From contig BROI01000018.1 in the NCBI GenBank assembly GCA_027923505.1, positions 248,001-312,000 of the forward strand: 64,000 nt of DNA, in the 5' to 3' direction. Source of the DNA: Mayamaea pseudoterrestris. Taxonomy: Eukaryota. A program made the position numbers and the translations under genes. The notes beneath the pieces were generated by a model, which saw nothing but the letters and a program-made list of their open reading frames with translations, was not told the DNA's origin and made no database searches. This document shows positions 37,201 through 48,680 of this stretch, piece after piece. Positions within the stretch are counted from its first letter, which is position 1. The number at the start of each line of letters is the position of its first letter.

Positions 37201-38291
37201 CGCTGTCTGCTATATTCCACCGCCGTACAAAGACACCTTGCCAAAGCATTCGCCCATTGCCTCGCCACGTACGCACTTTCATCGTCCAAATTCTTCATGG
37301 CCAATTGCAAAGCAGCTTCATCGAGCAGCGCGTAGACTGGAGCATTGTCCGTCGGGCGCGACAATATGAGCATGGGTGCTAAACGAGCCACCAAATGTGC
37401 CGCCTCCCAGCGGACTTCGGGTAACTTGTCTGTAATCGCTTGCCTGACAACTTTCAAGGCTTCTGCCAATGCTTTTGCTTCCATGCCGCCTTGCAGCAAG
37501 ACAAGTTTGGATTGATTTCTGTCATTCGCCGCTGCGCTGTTTATTTCCTCCTGCAATTTATGCGTCTTGACAAAGGCTCTTCGACAAGCCGTCGCTGCCG
37601 CGCATGCCATTTTCATGGCTTCAATTCGATAGGTTGGCTCATTGTGCCCCGCGCTCTTTAGTGCGCGAAGTGTTGTCTGAAAGATTTCCAAGCTCCACGG
37701 CGCCAGTTGCTGCGCCAACGAGTCATTATTGGCGCCGTGATACTCGAACAAGCCAGCAACAACTTGAACGGCGGCAATGCGAACCCCGCCCGCCGCCTTG
37801 GCAGAGCGAGGATTCAACACTGCTAGTGCCAGCATGGAACGAACAAAGGCAATGGTTTCCATAGATTGTCCAACGCCGTGACACAAAACGACGGAATCGC
37901 ACCACAACTTTCGAATTGCATTGGACAGGAGCGGCGGCGTCAAAATAAAGGCTCCTGCTGCCTCGTGAGCGCTCAAAACCTGTGTCGCTAGAGCGGACGA
38001 CATGCCAATGAGTTTCATCAGCAAGGCTTGAATGGAACGAGCGGAGACAAGAGGTGACGACGAATTCCTCAAAAAGGCCCGAAGCGTATGAAGACGCATG
38101 ATTAGCTCCGTTGACGGTAGATTGCTATATGTACTCCATGCCGAGTGCATTCCCTTTGGTGGTAATTGGCGAGGTAGAATGAGCGGCTGGCCCGTCATTT
38201 GAGTAATGGTTGCTCCGAGCAAGGCAGCGGCCTCCTCGATGGATTCAGGAAGATTGTCCGTGCGTTCAACATTGCTGCGGGCAGAACTCAT
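31236..38291 (-). CDS. HEATR5: HEAT repeat-containing protein 5 (HEATR5/Laa1/SWEETIE family)
   Basis: ~2350-aa uninterrupted helical ORF. Motifs resemble HEATR5: RLVDAAIQAF, PRWQVK, ILEQYLPQIISALRHAL, C-terminal LLEFSVRA...KLNL. Probable ATG at 38291. Confidence 0.85.
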   Translation of the reverse strand: MSSARSNVERTDNLPESIEEAAALLGATITQMTGQPLILPRQLPPKGMHSAWSTYSNLPSTELIMRLHTLRAFLRNSSSPLVSARSIQALLMKLIGMSSALATQVLSAHEAAGAFILTPPLLSNAIRKLWCDSVVLCHGVGQSMETIAFVRSMLALAVLNPRSAKAAGGVRIAAVQVVAGLFEYHGANNDSLAQQLAPWSLEIFQTTLRALKSAGHNEPTYRIEAMKMACAAATACRRAFVKTHKLQEEINSAAANDRNQSKLVLLQGGMEAKALAEALKVVRQAITDKLPEVRWEAAHLVARLAPMLILSRPTDNAPVYALLDEAALQLAMKNLDDESAYVARQWANALARCLCTAVEYSRQRQAGRSRRSETDDGDASPGKEPKAGVVDTTGPQTTTSRFGVAKKVSVTEICLNLSKAISYLVDQFIKVGGELNAQRMGGPFSTGGRAPRVGLSLVLISLFKQQFMLGNIRDDQNVSVDTCIALTLNMLGNEMEKELNAPLATDSTSSTAPFSANQLFGGTKSRSKGDPMLVCLAASRVLRRGLSGVASEPVQLSILHSILTRLEHLETLNAHQIQVLLIEMSHLLSALGEATASSCEELVIRLTSCLAYNEHGVRHEAAIACAAIAASFPNIGRRLMQSSLVHIKTQHAELVAKLTSLETKVEEQVQARGMFRRSPKDSHQSAHGDPTLSHQYAIHGGCLLVSLLLRDLPRLPGGLPVSFVGSAITVAESLVAMHFNNQAAKSNPGALCMCAIAGFTIIAGALTTGPTMIAPHTPFLMQAWQKACTSSGEDAGLQPRHDLFCVDAMLASLVAFLKFCPDLLLTIPEALSTIVVLLENVLQLLLPTGRLGGMAMNPAVAGRYERALASLLEAFAWLPSGSFPMAADEVFKLAARNIKAAFDGNITSSILDSLVNNEDSLLTSKTLCRASSTGQSGGADELEETLAILTSECVGYGEREAVMHLMSSHDVSILPTGWTSTGSAILENFARENKESKPPTPLHDVGSWRCPLDPSASSKTRLVDAAIQAFAATFGLKSGHEQQEVVEMLESLVPTSTIQLAQLMGLNTDQIVQERILKHGADCSATTNIATVLLACLRAIPLQDSTKNDPVGLGPQWMNKAKSLLLTIMPSLSTNVLRGASESLALLVTVGVSEDAHFLQSALLHSIDDVMQGHKLDGKAKAGTEQISAARSGSLFTLSCIQRTQHNVTKLRQDRVRDRTGSTDTADDLAKEESLPLLQMMTRILPSSTYHGSFCDHFGVRAYALHAYATFLTYSGAADEYHLDEIHLQLVRKGIEMIEGNFASCWTAVTGELERGDGGEKVAYEAAFLAGVLRLMTRITPHLRNLKHENADLADRFSVMATLIMESLSSHPAVALDGLAFFEALAANRDCLSPPSTKLPYFENALLSCLPFTLNAKVSEAVFAGNEYLSSVRSVRASVQVMQRLGLSKISVSQVTDMDGTCHLMALHEKVCTVRHFVGYPLLRSLATRRQVELRLSEAVALECEVVDALGDMVKFDCRYKVKTDAFLRWILFCRFVLVGVTLPEEEDAAPISTISRAAVVMVANSRGKADALKVLSICGTPRWQVKAIAMRLLTFALEAVGKGALSIHDNINADSNFEPNLADEALKNCTQGESSSKLVYHLDDLLSATCLAASAAVDQSELKALQSSAIICLSKLVEFFGPIGDPDTDKSTILEQYLPQIISALRHALTPAEESNSNDSELLFRAGCQALESVFKIGLITDRAVALKLLRLVIPSGKSFSVFEWQRAYTQQRDFEDIDAPLTVFVELNKIICFASIYSLSSTEIRPMVLSVLDELVNEPVILAANCAAICVEGAHLLLADNLSLAGKQLSPHDARRQFDGNVNSRFASIDGVDQPLKNLIANRWACCGSYALLPHLDSNLKEDERQQACSVWVKRIAPLLLSGVHDICDCYIDLTDRVSSPSLNAVGVDTTLVGITCLRGLGSLVERCPKHSFDTSWTKEIEMILGRLWSIFIMPSIKNDCPESLTCEMLRLIPTICDFLLQMIQSESDKVRKDSALLAALLQPLNILQQGQLDFAERQNELIILTCLDAAVLLVTQRQLHHSFVRALLRLVLHIDCEFGLPARVKTGAALLMKHCMEHDAISGVEKSRVAVETAKEGNWEAWKVILSIDEGKYATDSFDYISQSLLNFDKPSSQLRLLAKLREIIIASGASPLTDRIFSHIGAPIVHILLAYGTLVMPIESPERQSACTEAAKILLVGYQQILAHGTAEEVAEFLTIVFDCFLPVIRYNGLPNHPASNPSANFALGRMCAQAITSIARTSPGPFKVTVAGLDDMERQLLEFSVRAELGGYAAADRAPVKKLNLVGFTK

Positions 38292-38630
38292 GATGACTAA
38301 AGGGGTGTTATTTTGTTGCAAAAGTCTGCTAGTTTCTTCGTCTCGTGCGGTATGGTAGGTGGTGATAAGCAAGCGATCGTCCCATGGTGATATTGAGGAT
38401 TGAGGCGCGATCGATGAACCGATTAGTGTCACAGCGACACGACATTCAGTACCGTATCTAATAACTTGGCTGCCGCGCATTGTGATTGGAAGCTTATCAA
38501 CTAAACTGAACAACTAATGCGTTGAAAGAGTCAACCAAATGCCTTTCACTGACCCAAACAGGTCCAGTAAGTGCAAAGTCATTGACCTGTGAGGTCCAGT
38601 AAGTAGAAAGTTTGATGTATGGACAATTAA

Positions 38631-39730
38631 TTGAATGTCAAGGCATCGGCGGGCTGAGACTGGTGACAAGTTGTCACCAGTCACATTGCAGTCTGCTGAG
38701 CCACCAGCCAGGCAAACCATCTTGTAGTGCAGCCAGAATAATGATGTTGGCACCAATCTGGCTTGATACGGGCATACACATGGCTCAAGGTATGGGCATT
38801 TGATAATTGCAGCATTTGCTGGCTGAGACTGGTAGCAAGTTGTCACCAATCACTTTGCAGTCTACCGAGGGAACAGCCAGGCAATCCATCTTGTAGCGCA
38901 CCTGAAAAACGGATGTTAGCAGCATTCTGGCTTCATTTGGGCATACACATGGCTCAAAGTATGGGCATTTGAAAATCTTGGCATCTGCTGGCTGAGACTG
39001 GTGACAAGTTGTCACCAATGACATTGCAGTCTACTGAGGGACCAGCCAGGCAATCCATCTTGTAGCGCACCTGAAAGAAGGATGTTAGCACCATTCTGGC
39101 TTGATACGGGCATACACATGGCTCAAGGTATGGGCATTTGAAAATCATGGCGTCTGCTGGCTGAGACAGGTGACAAGTTGTCACCAATCACATTGCAGTC
39201 TACTGAGGGACCAGCCAGGCAATCCATCTTGTAGCGCCCCTGAAATATGGATGTTAGCACCAATCTGGTTTGATTTGGGCATACACATGGATCCAGGTAT
39301 GGGCATTTGAAAATCATGGCATCTGTGGGCTGAGACTGGTGACAAGTTGTCACCAATCACATTGCAGTCTACCGAGGGACCAGCCAGGCAATCCATCTTG
39401 TAGCGCCCCTGAAATAAGGATGTTAGCACCATTCTGGCTTGATTTGGGCATACACATGGATCAAGGTATTAGCATTTGAAAATCATGGCATCTGCGGGCC
39501 TAGACTGGTGACAAGTTGTCACCAATCACATTGCAGTCTACTGAGGGAACAGCCCGGCATTCCATCTTGTAGCCCACCTGAAATAAGGATGTTAGCACCA
39601 TTCTGGCTTGATTTGGGCATACACATGGCTCAAGGTATGGGCATTTGAAAATCATGGCATCTGCTGGCTGAGACTGGTGACAAGTTGTCACCAATCACAT
39701 TGCAGTCTACCAAGGGCACTGCCAGGCAAT
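38631..39730 (-). repeat. Inverted, diverged 169-bp satellite (family A subfamily), about 6.5 monomers
   Basis: Reverse complement of family A (GGCTGAGACTGGTGACAAGTTGTCACCAATCACATTGC) at a 169-bp period. Confidence 0.96.
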
Positions 39731-42700
39731 CATTCGCGAACCTAAATCTCATGCAACATGGTGCTTGCACACTTGGCTGCAAGGAGTTATGGCATGTGTA
39801 ATGCGCATCTCCACGTGGTCGCAAGCTCAGGGGCAGCTCCAACAATGATCGGGCAAAAAATCAAACTCATGCAACATGGAAGTGACCTTGCAAGACTTGG
39901 CTGCTCCAACAAGGAGCTTATGCATGCTGTAATGCGCTCCACCAAGTGGATCTATGATCAAGCTCAGCGCAGTGGTCTGGCAGGCTCCAAGGCTACAGAC
40001 AATCATTCCGGGAATCAAAAGATCAAACTCATTCAACATGAAAGTGATCTTGCAACACTTGGCTGCTCCAACAAGGAGCTCATGCATGCTGTAATGCGCT
40101 CCACCAAGTGGATCAATGATCAAGCTCAGCGCAGTCATCTGGCAGGCTCCAAGTCTACAGACAATCATTCCGGGAATCAAAAGATCAAACTCATGCAACA
40201 TGAAAGTGACCCTGCAAGACTTGGCTGCTGCAACAAGGAGCTCATGCATGCTGTAATGCGCCTCCACCAAGTGGATCTATGATCAAGCTCAGCGCAGTCA
40301 TCTGGCAGGCTCCAAGGCTACAGACAATCATTCCGGGAATCAAAAGATCAAACTCATGCAACATGAAAGTGACCCTGCAAGACTTGGCTGCTGCAACAAG
40401 GAGCTCATGCATGCTGTAATGCGCTCCACCAAGTGGATCTATGATCAAGCTCAGCGCAGTGGTCTGGCAGGCTCCAAGGCTACAGACAATCATTCCGGGA
40501 ATCAAAAGATCAAACTCATGCAACATGAAAGTGACCCTGCAAGACTTGGCTGCTGCAACAAGGAGCTCATGCATGCTGTAATGCGCTCCACCAAGTGGAT
40601 CAATGATCAAGCTCAGCGCAGTGGTCTGGCAGGCTCCAAGGCTACAGACAATCATTCCGGGAATCAAAAGATCAAACTCATGCAACATGAAAGTGACCTT
40701 GCAAGACTTGGGTTGCTCCTACAAGGAGCTCATGCATGCTGTAATGCGCTCCACAAAGTGGATCTATGATCAAGCTCAGCGCAGTGGTCTGGCAGGCTCC
40801 AAGGCTACAGACAATCATTCCGGGAATCAAAAGATCAAACTCATGCAACATGAAAGTGACCCTGCAAGACTTGGCTGCTGCAACAAGGAGCTCATGCATG
40901 CTGTAATGCGCTCCACCAAGTGGATCAATCATCAAGCTCAGCGCAGTGGTCTGGCAGGCTCCAAGGCTACAGACAATCATTCCGGGAATCAAAAGATCAA
41001 ACTCATGCAACATGAAAGTGACCTTGCAAGACTTGGCTGCTCCAACAAGGAGCTTATGCATGCTGTAATGCGCTCCACAAAGTTGATCTATGATCAAGCT
41101 GAGTGAGCACCTTGGTCTGGCAGGCTCCAAGGCTACAGCGCAGTGGTCTGGCAGGCTCTAAGGCTACAGACAATCATTCCGGGAATCAAAAGATCAAACT
41201 CATGCAACATGGAAGTGACCTTGCAAGACTTGGCTGCTGCAACAAGGAGCTCATGCATGCTGTAATGCGCTCCACAAAGTTGATCTATGATCAAGCTCAG
41301 CGCAGTGGTCTGGCAGGCTCCAAGGCTACAGACAATCATTCCGGGAATCAAAAGATCAAACTCATGCAACATGGAAGTGACCTTGCAAGACTTGGCTGCT
41401 CCAACAAGGAGCTCATGCATGCTGTAATGTGCTCCACCAAGTGGATCTATGATCAAGCTCAGCGCAGTGGTCTGGCAGGCTCCAAGGCTACAGACAATCA
41501 TTCCGGGAATCAAAAGATCAAACTCATGCAACATGGAAGTGACCTTGCAAGACTTGGCTGCTCCAACAAGGAGCTCATGCATGCTGTAATGCGCTCCACC
41601 AAGTTGATCTATGATCAAACTCAGCGCAGTGGTCTGGCAGGCTCCAAGGCTACAGACAATCATTCCGGGAATCAAAAGATCAAACTCATGCAACATGGAA
41701 GTGACCTTGCAAGACTTGGCTGCTGCAACAAGGAGCTCATGCATGCTGTAATGCGCTCCACCAAGTTGATCTATGATCAAGCTGAGCGAGCGCCTTGGTC
41801 TGACAGGCTCCAAGGCTACAGACAATCATTCCGGGAATCAAAAGGTCAAGCTCATGCAACCTGAAAGTGACCTTGCAAGACTTGGCTGCTCCTACAAGGA
41901 GCTCATGCATGCTGTAATGCGCTCCACCAAGTGGATCTATGATCAAGCTGAGCGAGCACAGTGGTCTGGCAGGCTCCAAGGCTACAGACAATGATTCCGG
42001 GAATCAACAGATCAAACTCATGCAACATGGAAGTGACCTTGCAAGACTTGGCTGTTCCAACAAGGAGCTTATGCATGCTGTAATGCGCTCCACAAAGTTG
42101 ATCTATGATCAAGCTCAGCGCAGTGGTCTGGCAGGCTCCAAGGCTACAGACAATCATTCCGGGAATCAAAAGATCAAACTCATGCAACATGGAAGTGACC
42201 TTGCAAGACTTGGCTGCTCCAACAAGGAGCTTATGCATGCTGTAATGCGCTCCACAAAGTTGATCTATGATCAAGCTTAGCGCAGTGGTATGGCAGGCTC
42301 CAAGGCTACAGACAATCATTCCGGGAATCAAAAGATCAAACTCATGCAACATGGAAGTGACCTTGCAAGACTTGGCTGCGGCAACAAGGAGCTCATGCAT
42401 GCTGTAATGCGCTCCACCAAGTGGATCTATGATCAAGCTCAGCGCAGTGGTCTGGCAGGCTCCAAGGCTACAGACAATCATTCCGGGAATCAAAAGATCA
42501 AACTCATGCAACATGGAAGTGACCTTGCAAGACTTGGCTGCTCCAACAAGGAGCTTATGCATGCTGTAATGCGCTCCACAAAGTTGATCTATGATCAAGC
42601 TCATTGCAGTGGTCTGGCAGGCTCCAAGGCTACAGACAATCATTCCGGGAATCAAAAGATCAAACTCATGCAACATGGAAGTGACCTTGCAAGACTTGGC

Positions 42701-45700
42701 TGCTCCTACAAGGAGCTTATGCATGCTGTAATGCGCTCCACCAAGTGGATCTATGATCAAGCTCAGCGCAGTGGTCTGGCAGGCTCCAAGGCTACAGACA
42801 ATCATTCCGGGAATCAAAAGATCAAACTCATGCAACATGAAAGTGACCTTGCAAGACTTGGCTGCTCCAACAAGGAGCTTATGCATGCTGTAATGCGCTC
42901 CACCAAGTGGATCTATGATCAAGCTCAGCGCAGTGGTCTGGCAGGCTCCAAGGCTACAGACAATCATTCCGGGAATCAAAAGATCAAACTCATGCAACAT
43001 GGAAGTGACCTTGCAAGACTTGGCTGCTCCAACAAGGAGCTCATGCATGCTGTAATGCGCTCCACCAAGTTGATCTATGATCAAGCTCAGCGCAGTGGTC
43101 TGGCAGGCTCCAAGGCTACAGACAATCATTCCGGGAATCAAAAGATCAAACTCATGCAACATGGAAGTGACCTTGCAAGACTTGGCTGCTCCAACAAGGA
43201 GCTCATGCATGCTGTAATGCGCTCCACAAAGTTGATCTATGATCAAGCTCAGCGCAGTGGTCTGGCAGGCTCCAAGGCTACAGACAATCATTCCGGGAAT
43301 CAAAAGATCAAACTCATGCAACATGAAAGTGACCTTGCAAGACTTGGCTGCTCCTACAAGGAGCTCATGCATGCTGTAATGCGCTCCACAAAGTTGATCT
43401 ATGATCAAGCTCAGCGCAGTGGTCTGGCAGGCTCCAAGGCTACAGACAATCATTCCGGGAATCAAAAGATCAAACTCATGCAACATGGAAGTGACCTTGC
43501 AAGACTTGGCTGCTCCAACAAGGAGCTTATGCATGCTGTAATGCGCTCCACAAAGTGGATCTATGATCAAGCTCAGCGCAGTGGTCTGGCAGGCTCCAAG
43601 GCTACAGACAATCATTCCGGGAATCAAAAGATCAAACTCATGCAACATGAAAGTGACCTTGCAAGACTTGGCTGCTCCAACAAGGAGCTTATGCATGCTG
43701 TAATGCGCTCCACAAAGTGGATCTATGATCAAGCTCAGCGCAGTGGTCTGGCAGGCTCCAAGGCTACAGACAATCATTCCGGGAATCAAAAGATCAAACT
43801 CATGCAACATGGAAGTGACCTTGCAAGACTTGGCTGCTCCTACAAGGAGCTCATGCATGCTGTAATGCGCTCCACAAAGTTGATCTATGATCAAGCTCAG
43901 CGCAGTGGTCTGGCAGGCTCCAAGGCTACAGACAATCATTCCGGGAATCAAAAGATCAAACTCATGCAACATGGAAGTGACCTTGCAAGACTTGGCTGCT
44001 CCAACAAGGAGCTTATGCATGCTGTAATGCGCTCCACCAAGTTGATCTATGATCAAGCTCAGCGCAGTGGTCTGGCAGGCTCCAAGGCTACAGACAATCA
44101 TTCCGGGAATCAAAAGATCAAACTCATGCAACATGGAAGTGACCTTGCAAGACTTGGCTGCTGCAACAAGGAGCTCATGCATGCTGTATTGCGCTCCACA
44201 AAGTTGATCTATGATCAAGCTCAGCGCAGTGGTCTGGCAGGCTCCAAGGCTACAGACAATCATTCCGGGAATCAAAAGATCAAACTCATGCAACATGAAA
44301 GTGACCTTGCAAGACTTGGCTGCTCCAACAAGGAGCTTATGCATGCTGTAATGCGCTCCACAAAGTGGATCTATGATCAAGCTCAGCGCAGTGGTCTGGC
44401 AGGCTCCAAGGCTACAGACAATCATTCCGGGAATCAAAAGATCAAACTCATGCAACATGAAAGTGACCTTGCAAGACTTGGCTGCTCCAACAAGGAGCTT
44501 ATGCATGCTGTAATGCGCTCCACAAAGTTGATCTATGATCAAGCTCAGCGCAGTGGTCTGGCAGGCTCCAAGGCTACAGACAATCATTCCGGGAATCAAA
44601 AGATCAAACTCATGCAACATGGAAGTGACCTTGCAAGACTTGGCTGCTCCTACAAGGAGCTTATGCATGCTGTAATGCGCTCCACAAAGTTGATCTATGA
44701 TCAAGCTCAGCGCAGTGGTCTGGCAGGCTCCAAGGCTACAGACAATCATTCCGGGAATCAAAAGATCAAACTCATGCAACATGGAAGTGACCTTGCAAGA
44801 CTTGGGTGCTCCAACAAGGAGCTTATGCATGCTGTAATGCGCTCCACAAAGTTGATCTATGATCAAGCTCAGCGCAGTGGTCTGGCAGGCTCCAAGGCTA
44901 CAGACAATCATTCCGGGAATCAAAAGATCAAACTCATGCAACATGAAAGTGACCTTGCAAGACTTGGCTGCGGCAACAAGGAGCTCATGCATGCTGTAAT
45001 GCGCTCCACAAAGTTGATCTATGATCAAGCTCAGCGCAGTGGTCTGGTAGGCTCCAAGGCTACAGACAATCATTCCGGGAATCAAAAGATCAAACTCATG
45101 CAACATGGAAGTGACCTTGCAAGACTTGGCTGCTCCTACAAGGAGCTCATGCATGCTGTAATGCGCTCCACAAAGTTGATCTATGATCAAGCTCAGCGCA
45201 GTGGTCTGGCAGGCTCCAAGGCTACAGACAATCATTCCGGGAATCAAAAGATCAAACTCATGCAACATGGAAGTGACCTTGCAAGACTTGGCTGCTCCAA
45301 CAAGGAGCTCATGCATGCTGTAATGCGCTCCACAAAGTTGATCTATGATCAAGCTCAGCGCAGTGGTCTGGCAGGCTCCAAGGCTACAGACAATCATTCC
45401 GGGAATCAAAAGATCAAACTCATGCAACATGGAAGTGACCTTGCAAGACTTGGCTGCTCCAACAAGGAGCTCATGCATGCTGTAATGCGCTCCACAAAGT
45501 TGATCTATGATCAAGCTCAGCGCAGTGGTCTGGCAGGCTCCAAGGCTACAGACAATCATTCCGGGAATCAAAAGATCAAACTCATGCAACATGGAAGTGA
45601 CCTTGCAAGACTTGGGTTGCTCCTACAAGGAGCTCATGCATGCTGTAATGCGCTCCACCAAGTGGATCAATGATCAAGCTCAGCGCAGTGGTCTGGCAGG

Positions 45701-48680
45701 CTCCAAGGCTACAGACAATCATTCCGGGAATCAAAAGATCAAACTCATGCAACATGGAAGTGACCTTGCAAGACTTGGCTGCTCCAACCAGGAGCTTATG
45801 CATGCTGTAATGCGCTCCACAAAGTTGATCTATGATCAAGCTCATTGCAGTGGTCTGGCAGGCTCCAAGGCTACAGACAATCATTCCAGGAATAAAAAGA
45901 TCAGACTCATGCAACATGAATGTGACCTTGCAAGACTTGGCTGCTGCAACAAGGAGCTCATGCATGCTGTAATGCGCTCCACAAAGTTGATCTATGATCA
46001 AGCTCAGCGCAGTGGTCTGGCAGGCTCCAAGGCTACAGACAATCATTCCGGGAATCAAAAGATCAAACTCATGCAACATGGAAGTGACCTTGCAAGACTT
46101 GGCTGCTCCAACAAGGAGCTTATGCATGCTGTCATGTGCTCCACAAAGTTGATCTATGATCAAGCTCAGCGCAGTGGTCTGGCAGGCTCCAAGGCTACAG
46201 ACAATCATTCCGGGAATCAAAAGATCAAACTCATGCAACATGAAAGTGACCTTGCAAGACTTGGCTGCTCCAACAAGGAGCTCATGCATGCTGTAATGCG
46301 CTCCACAAAGTTGATCTATGATCAAGCTCAGCGCAGTGGTCTGGCAGGCTCCAAGGCTACAGACAATCATTCCGGGAATCAAAAGATCAAACTCATGCAA
46401 CATGGAAGTGACCTTGCAAGACTTGGCTGCTCCTACAAGGAGCTCATGCATGCTGTAATGCGCTCCACCAAGTGGATCTATGATCAAGCTCAGCGCAGTG
46501 GTCTGGCAGGCTCCAAGGCTACAGACAATCATTCCGGGAATCAAAAGATCAAACTCATGCAACATGAAAGTGACCTTGCAAGAGTTGGCTGCTCCTACAA
46601 GGAGCTCATGCATGCTGTAATGCGCTCCACAAAGTTGATCTATGATCAAGCTCAGCGCAGTGGTCTGGCAGGCTCCAAGGCTACAGAAAATCATTCCGGG
46701 AATCAAAAGATCAATCTCACTCATGCAACATGAAAGTGACCTTGCAAGACTTGGGTTGCTCCTACAAGGATCTCATGCATGCTGTAATGCGCTCCACAAA
46801 GTTGATCTATGATCAAGCTCAGCGCAGTGGTCTGGCAGGCTCCAAGGGTACAGACAATCATTCCGGGAAACAAAAGATCAAACTCATGCAACATGAAAGT
46901 GACCTTGCAAGACTTGGCTGCTCCTACAAGGAGCTCATGCATGCTGTAAAGCGCTCCACAAAGTTGATCTATGATCAAGCTCAGCGCAGTGGTCTGGCAG
47001 GCTCCAAGGCTACAGACAATCATTCCGGGAATCAAAAGATCAAACTCATGCAACATGGAAGTGACCTTGCAAGACTTGGGTTGCTCCTACAAGGAGCTCA
47101 TGCATGCTGTAATGCGCTCCACCAAGTGGATCTATGATCAAGCTCAGCGCAGTGGTCTGGCAGGCTCCAAGGCTCCAGACAATCATTCTGGGAATCAAAA
47201 GATCAAACTCATGCAACATGAAAGTGACCTTGCAAGACTTGGCTGCTGCAACAAGGCCTGTAATGCGCTCCACAAAGTTGATCTATAATCAAGCTGAGCG
47301 AGCGCCTTGGTCTGACAGGCTCCAAGGCTACATACAATCATTCCGGGGATCAAAAGATCAAACTCATGCAACATGGAAGTGACCTTGCAAGACTTGGCTG
47401 CTCCAACAAGGAGCTTATGCATGCTGTTATGCGCTCCACCAATTTGATCTGTGATCAAGCTCATTGCAGTGGTCTGGCAGGCTCCAAGGCTACAGACAAT
47501 CATTCCAGGAATAAAAAGATCAGACTCATGCAACATGAATGTGACCTTGCAAGACTTGGCTGCTGCAACAAGGAGCTCATGCATGCTGTAATGCGCTCCA
47601 CAAAGTTGATCTATGATCAAGCTCAGCGCAGTGGTCTGGCAGGCTCCAAGGCTACAGACAATCATTCCAAGAATCAAAAGATCAAACTCATGCAACATGG
47701 AAGTGACCTTGCAAGACTTGGGTTGCTCCTACAAGGAGCTCATGCATGCTGTAATGCGCTCCACCAAGTGGATCAATGATCAAGCTCAGCGCAGTGGTCT
47801 GGCAGGCTCCAAGGCTACAGACAATCATTCCGGGAATCAAAAGATCAAACTCATGCAACATGAAAGTGACCTTGCAAGACTTGGCTGCTGCAACAAGGAG
47901 CTCATGCATGCTGTAATGCGCTCCACAAAGTTGATCTATGATCAAGCTGAGCCAGCGCCTTGGTCTGGCAGGCTCCAAGGCTACAGACAATCATTCCGGG
48001 AATCAAAAGATCAAACTCATGCAACATGAAAGTGACCTTGCAAGACTTGGCTGCTCCAACAAGGAGCTCATGCATGCTGTAATGCGCTCCACAAAGTTGA
48101 TCTATGATCAAGCTCAGCGCAGTGGTCTGGCAGGCTCCAAGGGTACAGACAATCATTCCGGGAAACAAAAGATCAAACTCATGCAACATGAAAGTGACCT
48201 TGCAAGACTTGGCTGCTCCAACAAGGAGCTTATGCATGCTGTAAAGCGCTCCACAAAGTTGATCTATGATCAAGCTCAGCGCAGTGGTCTGGCAGGCTCC
48301 AAGGCTACAGACAATCATTCCGGGAATCAAAAGATCAAACTCATGCAACATGGAAGTGACCTTGCAAGACTTGGGTTGCTCCTACAAGGAGCTCATGCAT
48401 GCTGTAATGCGCTCCACCAAGTGGATCTATGATCAAGCTCAGCGCAGTGGTCTGGCAGGCTCCAAGGCTCCAGACAATCATTCCGGGAATCAAAAGATCA
48501 AACTCATGCAACATGAAAGTGACCTTGCAAGACTTGGCTGCTGCAACAAGGAGCTCATGAATGCTGTAATGCGCTCCACAAAGTTGATCTATGATCAAGC
48601 TGAGCGAGCGCCTTGGTCTGACAGGCTCCAAGGCTACATACAATCATTCCGGGGATCAATAGATCCATCTCATGCAACAT
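39727..48680. repeat. 162-bp tandem satellite (family C), about 55 monomers
   Basis: Monomer CAAACTCATGCAACATGGAAGTGACCTTGCAAGACTTGG...ATTCCGGGAATCAAAAGAT. Identical lines at 42121, 43741 and 45361 are 1620 bp apart (10 x 162). The first monomer (39727-~39860) is degenerate. Confidence 0.99.

Noticed and set aside
38292..38513. 74-codon N-terminal extension of HEATR5 in the ORF track
   Set aside because: It begins at a non-ATG codon and is more plausibly 5' UTR or promoter, although an in-frame ATG near 38480 cannot be excluded.
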